Shown piece by piece: positions 27,441-36,321 of a stretch of DNA of 64,000 bases. Every line of letters starts with the position of its first letter. The stretch's first letter is position 1. Below the pieces are notes generated by a model that had not been told where the DNA came from, made no database searches, and worked only from the letters and a program-made list of their open reading frames with translations. The position numbers and the translations under genes were made by a program. The stretch comes from Candidatus Eiseniibacteriota bacterium (GTDB lineage Bacteria; Eisenbacteria; RBG-16-71-46; DASYSL01): positions 43,412-107,411 of the forward strand of contig JANPEF010000061.1 of assembly GCA_031431875.1 (NCBI GenBank). The letters run 5' to 3'.

Positions 27441-28457
27441 TTGATCGACGGGACCGTCGCCATCCTCGGCTACGGTCACCAGGGTCGCGCCCAAGCGCTG
27501 AACCTGCGCGATCAAGGACTGCGCGTCGTCGTCGGCGCGCGCACGGGCGGGGCGGGGGCGACGCGAGCGATCGCGGACGGCTTCGCCCCGCTTCCGCTTT
27601 CCGCCGCAGCCGCGGCAGCCGCGGCCGGCGCGCCGGGGGGCGCGGGTGTGCTCGCGCTGCTGCTGCCCGACGACCTGATCCCCACCCTCGTGCGCGACGA
27701 GATCGCGCCCGCGATCACCCCCGGCACCACCCTGCTGCTCGCCCACGGCTCGGCGATCGTCTATGGCGGACTGGTCGCGCCGCCGGGCTGCGACCTGGCA
27801 CTCGTCGCGCCAGCCGCGCCCGGTGCGGTCGTCCGCTCCGCGTTCGAGGCCGGCCGTGGCGTTCCCACCTACGTCGCGGTGGCGGCCGGTGCGGCCGACC
27901 CGGCGCGGGCGCGCGCGCGGGCGTTCGCCTGGGCGCGGGCGCTCGGAGCGGAACTCCCCGGCGGCACGCTGCTCGAGACCGACGTCGAGAGCGAAACCGT
28001 CATCGACCTGTTCGGCGAACAGGCGGTGGTCGTCGGCGGCGTCACCGAGCTGGTCGAGGCCGCGTATCTCACGCTGGTCGAGGCCGGCTACGACGAGCGG
28101 GTGGCCTACCTCGAGGTCGTCCACCAGCTCAAGCACCTGGTCGACGTGATTCACGCCGAGGGACCCGACGCGCTGCGCGACCGCATCTCGGGGACCGCGC
28201 TGTACGGTGCGCTGACCCGCGGGCCGCGGGTGATCAATGCGGTCTCACGCGCCGCGATGGTCAACCTGCTCGAGGAGATCGAGACCGGCGCGTTTGCCGC
28301 CGAGCGGGCGGCCGACCTCGCCGCCGGGAGCCCCAGGCAGGCGGCGCTGCGGGAGGCGGCCCGGGCCCGGGGGCTGACCGCGGCCCGGGCCCGGGCCCTG
28401 GCCGGAGCCGGCGGGCCCGCGGACGGGTCCCCGGGGGCCGACCCCTCGTCGCGCTAA
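27441..28457 (+). CDS. ilvC: Ketol-acid reductoisomerase (IlvC)-like protein, divergent
   Basis: ILGYGHQGRAQALNLRD, LLPD, AHG, DLFGEQAV. Several canonical motifs are altered (see findings). Confidence 0.8.
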   Translation: MIDGTVAILGYGHQGRAQALNLRDQGLRVVVGARTGGAGATRAIADGFAPLPLSAAAAAAAAGAPGGAGVLALLLPDDLIPTLVRDEIAPAITPGTTLLLAHGSAIVYGGLVAPPGCDLALVAPAAPGAVVRSAFEAGRGVPTYVAVAAGAADPARARARAFAWARALGAELPGGTLLETDVESETVIDLFGEQAVVVGGVTELVEAAYLTLVEAGYDERVAYLEVVHQLKHLVDVIHAEGPDALRDRISGTALYGALTRGPRVINAVSRAAMVNLLEEIETGAFAAERAADLAAGSPRQAALREAARARGLTAARARALAGAGGPADGSPGADPSSR

Positions 28458-28476
28458 TCCGTTGCGCAAAAACTGA

Positions 28477-28504
28477 TTGACAGATTTCAGGTAGACCTTA
28501 CGCT
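28477..28504 (+). promoter_or_regulatory. Putative sigma70 promoter for HU
   Basis: TTGACA-N16-TACGCT with an AT-rich upstream tract. Confidence 0.55.
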
Positions 28505-28566
28505 GCCTCACGGCTCCCGGGAGGGGGGCCTTCCCAAGGGAACGACCGGTGGCGCGGAGGCTCAAG

Positions 28567-28845
28567 ATGACCAAGGCCGACATCGTCGACCAGATCGCCG
28601 AACGGACGGGGTTGACCAAGAAGGACGTGGCCGACACCGTGGACGGATTCCTCGAGGCCGTGAGCCGCGCGCTCGCCAACGGCCATCACATCGAGATCCG
28701 GGGTTTCGGCACGTTCAAGGTCAAGGACCGCAAGTCTCGACTGGCCCGGAACCCGCGCACGGGTGAGGCTGTCCCGGTGCCGCCGCGCAAGGTGCCCGTC
28801 TTCAAGGTGAGCAAGGAATTGAAGGACATGGTCGCGCAGGGCTGA
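28567..28845 (+). CDS. HU/IHF family DNA-binding protein
   Basis: MTKADIV, IEIRGFGTF, ARNPRTGE, VPVFK. Confidence 0.96.
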   Translation: MTKADIVDQIAERTGLTKKDVADTVDGFLEAVSRALANGHHIEIRGFGTFKVKDRKSRLARNPRTGEAVPVPPRKVPVFKVSKELKDMVAQG

Positions 28846-28975
28846 GGCCCGCGCTGCCGGAGAGATTCGATCGGATTCGCAGTGCGTTCGCAGCAACCTA
28901 TGCCTGTGTTACGACTTGCCCGCGCCCGGACCTCCCTCGAGCGCGGGCATTTTCCTTCGTCCCGCTGCGCGGGAC

Positions 28976-29659
28976 TCAGTTTCTGGAGTTGCGCAGCAGC
29001 ACGAGGCGCAGCAGGCCGAGCAGGGCCATCGCCGCCCCGGCGAGGTAGGTGAGCGCGGCCGCATCGAGCACCTTCTTCGCCATGGCCGCCTCGTCCGGAG
29101 TGGCGATCCCGGCCGACGTCAGGTGCGTGTAGGCGCGGGAGCTGGCATTGAACTCGACCGGCAGCGTCACGACGTGGAACAGCACCACGCCCGTGAACAG
29201 GATGATCCCCAGGTCGATCAGCCACAGCCCGCCGCTGCCCAGGATGATGCCGATGAACGCCAGCGGCATCGCCAGCATCGAGCCCAAGTTCGCGGGGCCG
29301 AGCAGCGACCAGCGCCAGCGCATCGGCATGTAGCCCTTGGCGTGCTGCAGTGCGTGGCCGACCTCGTGCGCTGCCACCCCGAGGGCGGCGATCGAGTCCG
29401 AGCCGTAGACGTCGTCGGACAGGCGCACGACGCGCTTGGTCGGGTCGTAGTGGTCGGTCAGTCTGCCTGGCACGTGCTCGACCTGGACGTCTCCCGCGCC
29501 GAAGGCGTTGAGCAACGCGCGCGCCGCGTCGTGCCCCGTGCGACCCCCCGAGGTGCGGACCTGCGCGTACTTCTTGAACGTGGAGGTCACCTTCCACTGG
29601 GCGAAGAATGCGAACAGCATGCCGGGGATGAGCAGGAGCATTGTCGGATCGAAGAACAT
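28976..29659 (-). CDS. Membrane neutral zinc metallopeptidase (YugP-like)
   Basis: LTDHYDP, AAHEVGHALQH, TLPVEFNASSRA, AAALTY. Confidence 0.92.
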   Translation of the reverse strand: MFFDPTMLLLIPGMLFAFFAQWKVTSTFKKYAQVRTSGGRTGHDAARALLNAFGAGDVQVEHVPGRLTDHYDPTKRVVRLSDDVYGSDSIAALGVAAHEVGHALQHAKGYMPMRWRWSLLGPANLGSMLAMPLAFIGIILGSGGLWLIDLGIILFTGVVLFHVVTLPVEFNASSRAYTHLTSAGIATPDEAAMAKKVLDAAALTYLAGAAMALLGLLRLVLLRNSRN

Positions 29660-29781
29660 GGCTGACGACCTCGGGGCGCAGAACGTACTGTGACGCGGGC
29701 GCGCGTCGTGCGCGCCGACATCCCCTTGGACGCTACCCGCGCCGTCCCTGTGCGGTCAACCTTGCGCTCCCGGAGCCCGCC

Positions 29782-30852
29782 GTGTCCCCATCCGCCGCTG
29801 CCTCGGCCATCGACCTGCGCTCCGACACCGTCACCCGCCCGACCCCGGGGATGCGGGCGGCGATCGCCGCGGCGGTCGTGGGCGACGACGTCTACGACGA
29901 CGATCCGACGATCCACGCGCTGCAGGACCGGGTCGCGGCGCTGGCCGGCAAGGCCGCCGGGCTGTTCGTTCCCAGCGGCACGATGGGGAACCAGATCGCG
30001 GTGCACGTCCAGACGGAGCCCGGCGACGAGGTCCTGCTCGAGCGCGGCAGTCACATCTTCAACTACGAGTCGGGCGGCGCCGCCGCGCTCTCGGGCGTGC
30101 AGCTTCATCCTCTCGCGGGCGTCCGCGGCGGGCTCGATCCGGTGACCGTGCTGGCCGCCGTGCGCGACCCCGACGTGCACGCACCGCCGGCCCGCCTGCT
30201 CTGCCTCGAGAACACCCACAACCGCGCCGGGGGCGCGATCGTGCCGCTGGCGGCGCTGGTCGCCACCGCCGAGGCGGCGCGCGCGCGGGGGTTGCGCGTC
30301 CACCTCGACGGCGCCCGGCTGTGGAATGCAGTCGCCGCCACCGGCGTGCCAATCGCCCGCTGGGCGGCTTCGTTCGACACCGTGATGATGTGCTTCTCGA
30401 AGGGACTCGGCGCACCGGTGGGCTCGATCCTGCTGGGCGATGCGGCGACCATCGCGCGCGCCCGGCGCGTCCGCAAGCGGCTGGGCGGGGGGATGCGGCA
30501 GGCGGGGATGCTCGCCGCGGCCTGCCTGTACGGGCTCGATCATCACGTCGAGCGCCTGGCCGACGATCACCGCCGGGCGCGTCGGCTGGCCGAGCTGATC
30601 GCCGCCACGCCCGGCCTGGCCTGCGATCCCGCCTCGGTCGAGACGAACATCGTGCTCTTCGAAGTTACGCACCCCGCGTGGAACGGGGCGGCGGTCGTCG
30701 CGGCGCTGGCGGCCCGCGGCGTCCTCGTGGCCACCTTCGGCCCGCGGACGGTCCGGGCGGTGACCCACCTCGATATCGACGACGCGTCCATCGAGCGGGC
30801 GGGCGAGGGCTTCGCCCGGCTCGCGGTCGATGGCATCCAAGCCTCAATATGA
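29782..30852 (+). CDS. ltaE: Low-specificity L-threonine aldolase
   Basis: DLRSDTVT, SGTMGN, LENTHN, HLDGARLWNA, FSKGLGAPVGS, GGGMRQAG. Confidence 0.94.
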   Translation: MSPSAAASAIDLRSDTVTRPTPGMRAAIAAAVVGDDVYDDDPTIHALQDRVAALAGKAAGLFVPSGTMGNQIAVHVQTEPGDEVLLERGSHIFNYESGGAAALSGVQLHPLAGVRGGLDPVTVLAAVRDPDVHAPPARLLCLENTHNRAGGAIVPLAALVATAEAARARGLRVHLDGARLWNAVAATGVPIARWAASFDTVMMCFSKGLGAPVGSILLGDAATIARARRVRKRLGGGMRQAGMLAAACLYGLDHHVERLADDHRRARRLAELIAATPGLACDPASVETNIVLFEVTHPAWNGAAVVAALAARGVLVATFGPRTVRAVTHLDIDDASIERAGEGFARLAVDGIQASI

Positions 30853-30928
30853 CAATCACTTGCGCGCACGGGGTGGGGGGTGCATGCGGCTTGTGACCCC
30901 CCGCCCGGTGTGCTAGTTTCCGGCTCGT

Positions 30929-31726
30929 ATGGATTGGACGGCGTCGGATCCCACCGGCGTGTGGGCCCGTTGGCGCACCCGGACGCCGGACCTGCGCGCA
31001 CAGATTGCAGACCTGCTGCAGCGGGAGCTCACGCTGCGCGGGCAGTCGCGTGTCGTCCTCGGTCTCTCGGGCGGGCTCGACTCCACGGTTGCCGCCACGC
31101 TCTGCGTCGACGCGCTTGGCGCACCAAACGTGCTCGGCGTGCTGCTCCCGCACCGATCCTCCGACACGCAGGCACTGTCGTCCGCCCAGGGCATCGTCAA
31201 CACGCTGGGCATCACCACCCGGCGCGTCAACGTGAGCCCGATGGTCGACGCGTACTTCGCGAACTTCCCGGATGCCAGCCGCGAGCGGCGGGCCGTACGC
31301 CTGGCCTGGGAGCGCCTGGCGATCCTGCACGACTTCGGTGCCCATTACGGCGGCATGGTGCTGCAGATCGTCAATCGCTCGGACCTGGCGCTCGATTTTG
31401 GCCCGGAGCCAAGGCTCCCGGCGCTTGCGGTGCGTCCGTTCGAGGGGGTCTACAAGTCGCAGCTCCGCCTGCTCGGGCAGTCGCTCGAGATTTCGCAAAT
31501 GGTGCTCGATCGCCGGCCGTCGCTCGACTCCTATCCCGGTCAGGCCGACGAGTCCGAACTGGGCGCCAGCTACGAGACCATCGACCCGGTGCTCGAGTGG
31601 CTGCTCGATCACAAGGGGACGCCCGAAAAGGTGGTGAGTCTCGGCTATCCCGCAGAGGTCGTGGAGCGGGTGCAGGCGCGACTTGACCGGCGTCGCGACA
31701 GCCCGCTGCCCGTCGCGCTGGCGTGA
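30929..31726 (+). CDS. NH3-dependent NAD synthetase (NadE)-like PP-loop protein, degenerate
   Basis: GLSGGLDST PP-loop, YKSQLR, PSLDSYPGQADESELG.SYETID. The central NadE motifs are altered. Confidence 0.75.
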   Translation: MDWTASDPTGVWARWRTRTPDLRAQIADLLQRELTLRGQSRVVLGLSGGLDSTVAATLCVDALGAPNVLGVLLPHRSSDTQALSSAQGIVNTLGITTRRVNVSPMVDAYFANFPDASRERRAVRLAWERLAILHDFGAHYGGMVLQIVNRSDLALDFGPEPRLPALAVRPFEGVYKSQLRLLGQSLEISQMVLDRRPSLDSYPGQADESELGASYETIDPVLEWLLDHKGTPEKVVSLGYPAEVVERVQARLDRRRDSPLPVALA

Positions 31727-31733
31727 GGCGGTG

Positions 31734-32633
31734 GTGAGCGAGGGCCCGCTCGAACGGGGCGCTCTCTATGTCGTGGCGACGCCGATCGGCAACCTCGGGG
31801 ACCTGTCCCCGCGGGCGCTCGCGGTGCTGCGCGCCGTCGACTGGATCGCCGCCGAGGACACGCGGCACAGCGGTGGGTTGCTGACGCGCTTCGCGATCGA
31901 GGTGCCGCTGATCTCGGCCCACGCCCACAACGAGCGGGGGCGGGCCGAGGACCTGGTGGCGCGGCTGGCAGCCGGATCGATCGGCGCGCTGATCGTCGAC
32001 GCCGGCAGCCCGGGCATCAGCGATCCGGGCGCACGCATCGTGCGCCGAGTCGCCGAGGCCGGGTTTCCGGTGCGGGTCGTGCCCGGGCCGAGCGCGGTCA
32101 TCGCCGCGCTTTCGCTCTCGGGATTCTCTGCCGACGCATTTACCTTCGGCGGCTTCTTGCCGCCGAAGGATGCAGCGCGGGACACGAAGTTGCGCGCCCT
32201 GCTCGCTCGGAGCGAGACGGTGGTCGTCTACGAGGCGCCGCACCGCGTGCGGGCCACGCTCGAGGCGCTGGCGCGGCTGGCGCCGGGCCGCCCGATGGCG
32301 GCGTGCCGCGAGCTGACCAAGCTGCACGAGGAGACGCTTCGCGGCGACGCGGCCGCGGTGCTCGCGCAGATCTCCCCCGAGCGGGAGCGAGGGGAGTGGG
32401 TTCTGGTGATCGCGGGGCCGGGCAAGGATGAGGTGGAACCGGCTGACGCGGCAGACGCGGACGCTGGTGCGGCTGGCGCCGGTGGCGCCGACATCGGTGG
32501 CGCCGATATGGATCCGCGCGCGCGTTATGTCGCGGCGCAGGTGGCCAGCGGCGCGAGCCCCGACGAGGCGCGGCGTCGCGCCGAGTTCGTGCTCGGCCCG
32601 GAGCGGCGCCGCCGCGGGAAGGAGCGCGCATGA
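31734..32633 (+). CDS. rsmI: 16S rRNA (cytidine1402-2'-O)-methyltransferase
   Basis: LYVVATPIGNLGD, AEDTR, DAGSPGISDPG, YEAPHR, RELTKLHEE, RGEW. Confidence 0.96.
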   Translation: MSEGPLERGALYVVATPIGNLGDLSPRALAVLRAVDWIAAEDTRHSGGLLTRFAIEVPLISAHAHNERGRAEDLVARLAAGSIGALIVDAGSPGISDPGARIVRRVAEAGFPVRVVPGPSAVIAALSLSGFSADAFTFGGFLPPKDAARDTKLRALLARSETVVVYEAPHRVRATLEALARLAPGRPMAACRELTKLHEETLRGDAAAVLAQISPERERGEWVLVIAGPGKDEVEPADAADADAGAAGAGGADIGGADMDPRARYVAAQVASGASPDEARRRAEFVLGPERRRRGKERA

Positions 32634-33343
32634 ACGCCGGAACCGCGGCGATCGATCGGCTGAAGGACGGCGGGCGGCGCGTGGTGCGCGGCCTGCTCGA
32701 TCCCGTCGTGGCGCTCCTCGCCCGCATCGGTGTCGCGCCCGATCACGTGACGTGGACCGGCCTGCTCGTGACCTGTGCCGGTGGTGGGTTGTTCGCGGTC
32801 GGACGGTTTCGCGCGGGCGCGCTGGTGGCGCTCGTCGGTTGCCTGATGGACACGCTCGACGGCGGCCTGGCGCGGGCGAAGAACGGCGTCACCCGCTGGG
32901 GCGCGTTCCTTGACTCGACGACGGACCGCATCGCCGATGCGGCGCTGTTCCTCGGGATCGCGGCGCACTACGCGCAGCACCCGCTGTCGCTTCTGAGCGA
33001 CGAGGATCGGCTGACCGACCTGCTGCTCGGTCCGCCCCTGGCGACGGCGCTGGTGCGCGACGGCGCGGCCGAGGCGATGTGCTACGCGCTGCTGGCCCTG
33101 CTGGCGATGGTGGCCGCATTGATCGTGTCGTACACCCGCGCCCGCATGGAGGGCGTGGGAGTGGAGTGCCGGGCCGGCTGGTTCGAGCGGCCCGAGCGCC
33201 TGGTGGTCCTGCTCGGAGCCGCCCTGTTCGGTGCGGCGTCCCCGGTGATGCCGTGGGCGCTCGCGGCTCTGGTCGTGTTGTCTTCAATCACCGTGATCCA
33301 GCGCGTCGCGTACGCGCGATCGCGGCTTTCGGGCTCCGCCTGA
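32630..33343 (+). CDS. CDP-alcohol phosphatidyltransferase, probable phosphatidylinositol-phosphate synthase
   Basis: DTLDGGLAR...GAFLDSTTDRIAD signature, VSYTRARMEG and ERPER motifs as in PIP synthases. Adjacent to ino1. Confidence 0.88.
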   Translation: MNAGTAAIDRLKDGGRRVVRGLLDPVVALLARIGVAPDHVTWTGLLVTCAGGGLFAVGRFRAGALVALVGCLMDTLDGGLARAKNGVTRWGAFLDSTTDRIADAALFLGIAAHYAQHPLSLLSDEDRLTDLLLGPPLATALVRDGAAEAMCYALLALLAMVAALIVSYTRARMEGVGVECRAGWFERPERLVVLLGAALFGAASPVMPWALAALVVLSSITVIQRVAYARSRLSGSA

Positions 33344-33376
33344 CGCGGAGCCGGTTCCCCAGGGAGGCTGTCCAAG

Positions 33377-34588
33377 ATGGGTAAGGTTCGGGTTGCGATC
33401 ATCGGCGTCGGCAACTGCGCATCGTCCTTCGTCCAGGGCGTGCAGTACTACCAGAACGCCAGGGACGAGGACCGCGTGCCGGGCCTCATGCACGTGAACC
33501 TGGGCGGCTACCACATCCGGGACATCGAGTTCTCGGCCGCCATCGACATCGACAAGAACAAGGTCGGCAAGGACCTCGCCGAGGCGATCTTCACCAAGCC
33601 GAACAACACGCTGAAGTTCTCGCCGGTGCCGAAGACGGGCCTCACCGTCCAGCGCGGCATGACGCACGACGGCCTCGGCAAGTACCTGTCGAAGATCATC
33701 CAGAAAGCGCCGGGCTCGACGGTCGACATCGTCAAGCTGCTCAAGGACTCGAAGACCGACGTGGTCGTGTCGTACCTGCCGGTCGGCTCGGAAGAGGCGA
33801 CCAAGTGGTACGTCGAACAGATCCTCGAGGCCGGTTGCGCCTTCGTCAACTGCATCCCGGTGTTCATCGCCCGCGAGCCTTACTGGCAGCGGCGCTTCGA
33901 GGCGAAGGGCCTGCCGGTCATCGGCGACGACATCAAGTCGCAGGTCGGCGCGACGATCACGCACCGCGTCCTGACCAGCCTGTTCGTCGATCGCGGCGTC
34001 CGCATCGATCGCACGTACCAGCTGAACTTCGGGGGCAACACCGACTTCCTGAACATGCTCGAGCGCGAGCGCCTCGAGTCGAAGAAGATCTCGAAGACGA
34101 ACGCGGTGACGAGCATGATCCCGTACGAGATGGACGAGGCGAACGTGCACGTCGGTCCGTCGGACTACGTCCCCTGGCTGCTCGATCGCAAGTGGTGCCA
34201 CATCCGCATGGAGGGCACGACGTTCGGCGACGTGCCGCTCAACCTCGACATGAAGCTCGAGGTGTGGGACTCGCCCAACTCGGCCGGCGTCGTCATCGAC
34301 GCGGTGCGCTGCGCCAAGCTGGCGCTCGACCACGGCCTCAAGGGCGCGCTGATCGGACCGTCTTCGTACTTCAAGAAGTCGCCGCCGGTGCAGTACCCCG
34401 ACGACCAGGCGCGCCAGATGGTCGAGGACTTCATCACCAAGTACGGGAAGAAGGGCGCCCGCAAGATGTCGGCGAAGCCAGCGAAGCCAGCGAAGCCAGC
34501 GAAGGCGACGAAGGCCGCGAAAGCCGGCCGTGCCGTGGCTCCGGCGAAGAAGGCGAAGCCCGTCACGAAGGCGGGGAAGAAGAAATAA
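33377..34588 (+). CDS. ino1: myo-inositol-1-phosphate synthase with Lys/Ala/Pro-rich tail
   Basis: [53 protein letters not shown]. Confidence 0.96.
   Translation: MGKVRVAIIGVGNCASSFVQGVQYYQNARDEDRVPGLMHVNLGGYHIRDIEFSAAIDIDKNKVGKDLAEAIFTKPNNTLKFSPVPKTGLTVQRGMTHDGLGKYLSKIIQKAPGSTVDIVKLLKDSKTDVVVSYLPVGSEEATKWYVEQILEAGCAFVNCIPVFIAREPYWQRRFEAKGLPVIGDDIKSQVGATITHRVLTSLFVDRGVRIDRTYQLNFGGNTDFLNMLERERLESKKISKTNAVTSMIPYEMDEANVHVGPSDYVPWLLDRKWCHIRMEGTTFGDVPLNLDMKLEVWDSPNSAGVVIDAVRCAKLALDHGLKGALIGPSSYFKKSPPVQYPDDQARQMVEDFITKYGKKGARKMSAKPAKPAKPAKATKAAKAGRAVAPAKKAKPVTKAGKKK
34472..34504 (+). repeat. 9-bp coding tandem repeat (GCGAAGCCA) x about 3.7
   Basis: Read directly from the sequence. Encodes AKP repeats in the Ino1 tail. 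Confidence 0.85.
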
Positions 34589-34616
34589 CCCTTCCGCCCC
34601 GTTCTGGATGGACTCG

Positions 34617-34645
34617 ACGAGCCCGGGAGCACACCCCGGGCTCGT
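34617..34645 (+). terminator. Hairpin after ino1
   Basis: ACGAGCCCGGG-N7-CCCGGGCTCGT with a weak U-tract. Confidence 0.45.
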
Positions 34646-34766
34646 TCGATCTCCTGCCGAGCGTCGCCTGTCGCTCACGATGGAGTGGCGCTGGCGTCGG
34701 GCGTGGGAGAAGCTTGACCGCAGGCCGGGCGCAGCGGGACCTCGCAAGGGTCCTCGAGAGGACATC

Positions 34767-35543
34767 ATGCTTCGACATCGCGTTGCGTTCATCACCATGG
34801 TCCTGGCCGTGCCCCTCGCCTTCGTGGCGGTGGGATGCGGTGACTCTCCCGCCGAGCCCCCGCGCGTCGTGTCCCCGCCCGAGCCCGAGGCGCTTCGAGT
34901 GTTCTTCGTCGGGAACAGCCTCACGTACGTGAACGATCTTCCGCAGATGGTCGCGGCGCTCTCCCGCGCGGCGGGGGACGACCCGCCGCTCGAAACCGGG
35001 AGCGTGACGTTCGGGGGCTATGCGCTCGAGGATCACCTGGCCGAGGGCAGTGCCGCGCGCGCCATCGCCGAGGGCGGGTGGGACGTCGTCGTGCTGCAGC
35101 AGGGCCCGTCGGCCCTGCCCGAGAGTCGAGTGAATCTCATCGAGTTCTCCGGCCGCTTCGCCACGCTCATCCGCGCCGCTGGCGCCCGCCCGGCGCTCTA
35201 CGGCGTGTGGCCTTCGGAGGATCGAAGCTTCGACCTGGATGCCTGCATCGAGTCGTACCGGCGAGCAGCCATCGCCGTGGATGGACTCTCGCTCCCGGCC
35301 GGTGGGGCATGGAAGTCGGCGTGGGCGCACGATCCTGCGCTGCCGCTCTACGGAGCGGATCGCTTTCACCCCTCGCCGCTCGGCACGTACCTCGCCGCGC
35401 TCGTGATCTACTCCGAGTTGCTCGACAAGTCGCCGATCGGACTGCCCAGCGAGTTCGACGTCGCGGGATCGCCGCTGTCGATCCCGCAGGAGCAGGCGGC
35501 GCTCGTCCAGGCGGCCGCCGCAGCGGTGAACGGAACGGAGTAG
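34767..35543 (+). CDS. SGNH/GDSL-like hydrolase lipoprotein
   Basis: Lipobox AVGC, FVGNSLT, WDVVVLQQ, DRFHPS. Confidence 0.85.
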   Translation: MLRHRVAFITMVLAVPLAFVAVGCGDSPAEPPRVVSPPEPEALRVFFVGNSLTYVNDLPQMVAALSRAAGDDPPLETGSVTFGGYALEDHLAEGSAARAIAEGGWDVVVLQQGPSALPESRVNLIEFSGRFATLIRAAGARPALYGVWPSEDRSFDLDACIESYRRAAIAVDGLSLPAGGAWKSAWAHDPALPLYGADRFHPSPLGTYLAALVIYSELLDKSPIGLPSEFDVAGSPLSIPQEQAALVQAAAAAVNGTE

Positions 35544-35585
35544 TCTCCCGGCTGGCCCTAACGGACTCGGAGGTGGCCCATTTCC

Positions 35586-36236
35586 ATGGCGGCCCGGTTC
35601 ATCACGTTGGAAGGAGTGGAAGGGTCGGGCAAGAGCACCCAGCTCGCCCGGCTCGCTGCGAGCCTGCACGAACGCGGACTCTCACCGCTGGTGACGCGGG
35701 AGCCCGGCGGCACGCCGCTCGGCCGTGCGCTTCGGGACGCCCTGCTCGCACCCGGCGCCGACGCGCGCGCCCGCTCGCCGCTGACCGAGGCGTTGCTCAT
35801 GGTGGCCGATCGACACGAGCACGTGGCGCGCGTGATCGCTCCGGCGCTCGCCGCAGGGCGCATCGTCCTCTGCGATCGCCATGCCGACTCGACGCTGGCC
35901 TACCAGGGAGGCGGTTCGGGCATCGCGCTCGAGACGCTGCGGTCGCTGAATGCGATCGCGGTCGGAGCGACGCGGCCGGTGCTCACGCTCCTGTTCGACC
36001 TGCCCGTCGAGGCGGCGCTCGCCCGCATGGCGGCGCGCGCGGGGCAGGCCGGCCCCGCTCCCGATCGATTCGAGGCCGAGACCGTCGCGTTTCACGAGCG
36101 GGTGCGGCGAGCCTATCTCGATCTCGCGTCCGCCGAGCCCGAACGCATCGTCGTGATCGATGCGCTGCGACCGGCCGATGACGTCTTCGCCGACGTCCGG
36201 AACAGGTTCGACGAGCTCCTGGCGACGACTTCCTGA
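35586..36236 (+). CDS. tmk: Thymidylate kinase
   Basis: FITLEGVEGSGKSTQ, TREPGGT, CDRHADSTLAYQG. Confidence 0.96.
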   Translation: MAARFITLEGVEGSGKSTQLARLAASLHERGLSPLVTREPGGTPLGRALRDALLAPGADARARSPLTEALLMVADRHEHVARVIAPALAAGRIVLCDRHADSTLAYQGGGSGIALETLRSLNAIAVGATRPVLTLLFDLPVEAALARMAARAGQAGPAPDRFEAETVAFHERVRRAYLDLASAEPERIVVIDALRPADDVFADVRNRFDELLATTS

Positions 36237-36321
36237 GCGAAACGCTGTGCTATTCTGAGCCGGTCGACCCGCGGCTCGACAGCGCGCCTGCGGACCCCAG
36301 TTTCGTCCCGAGGACAACTCC

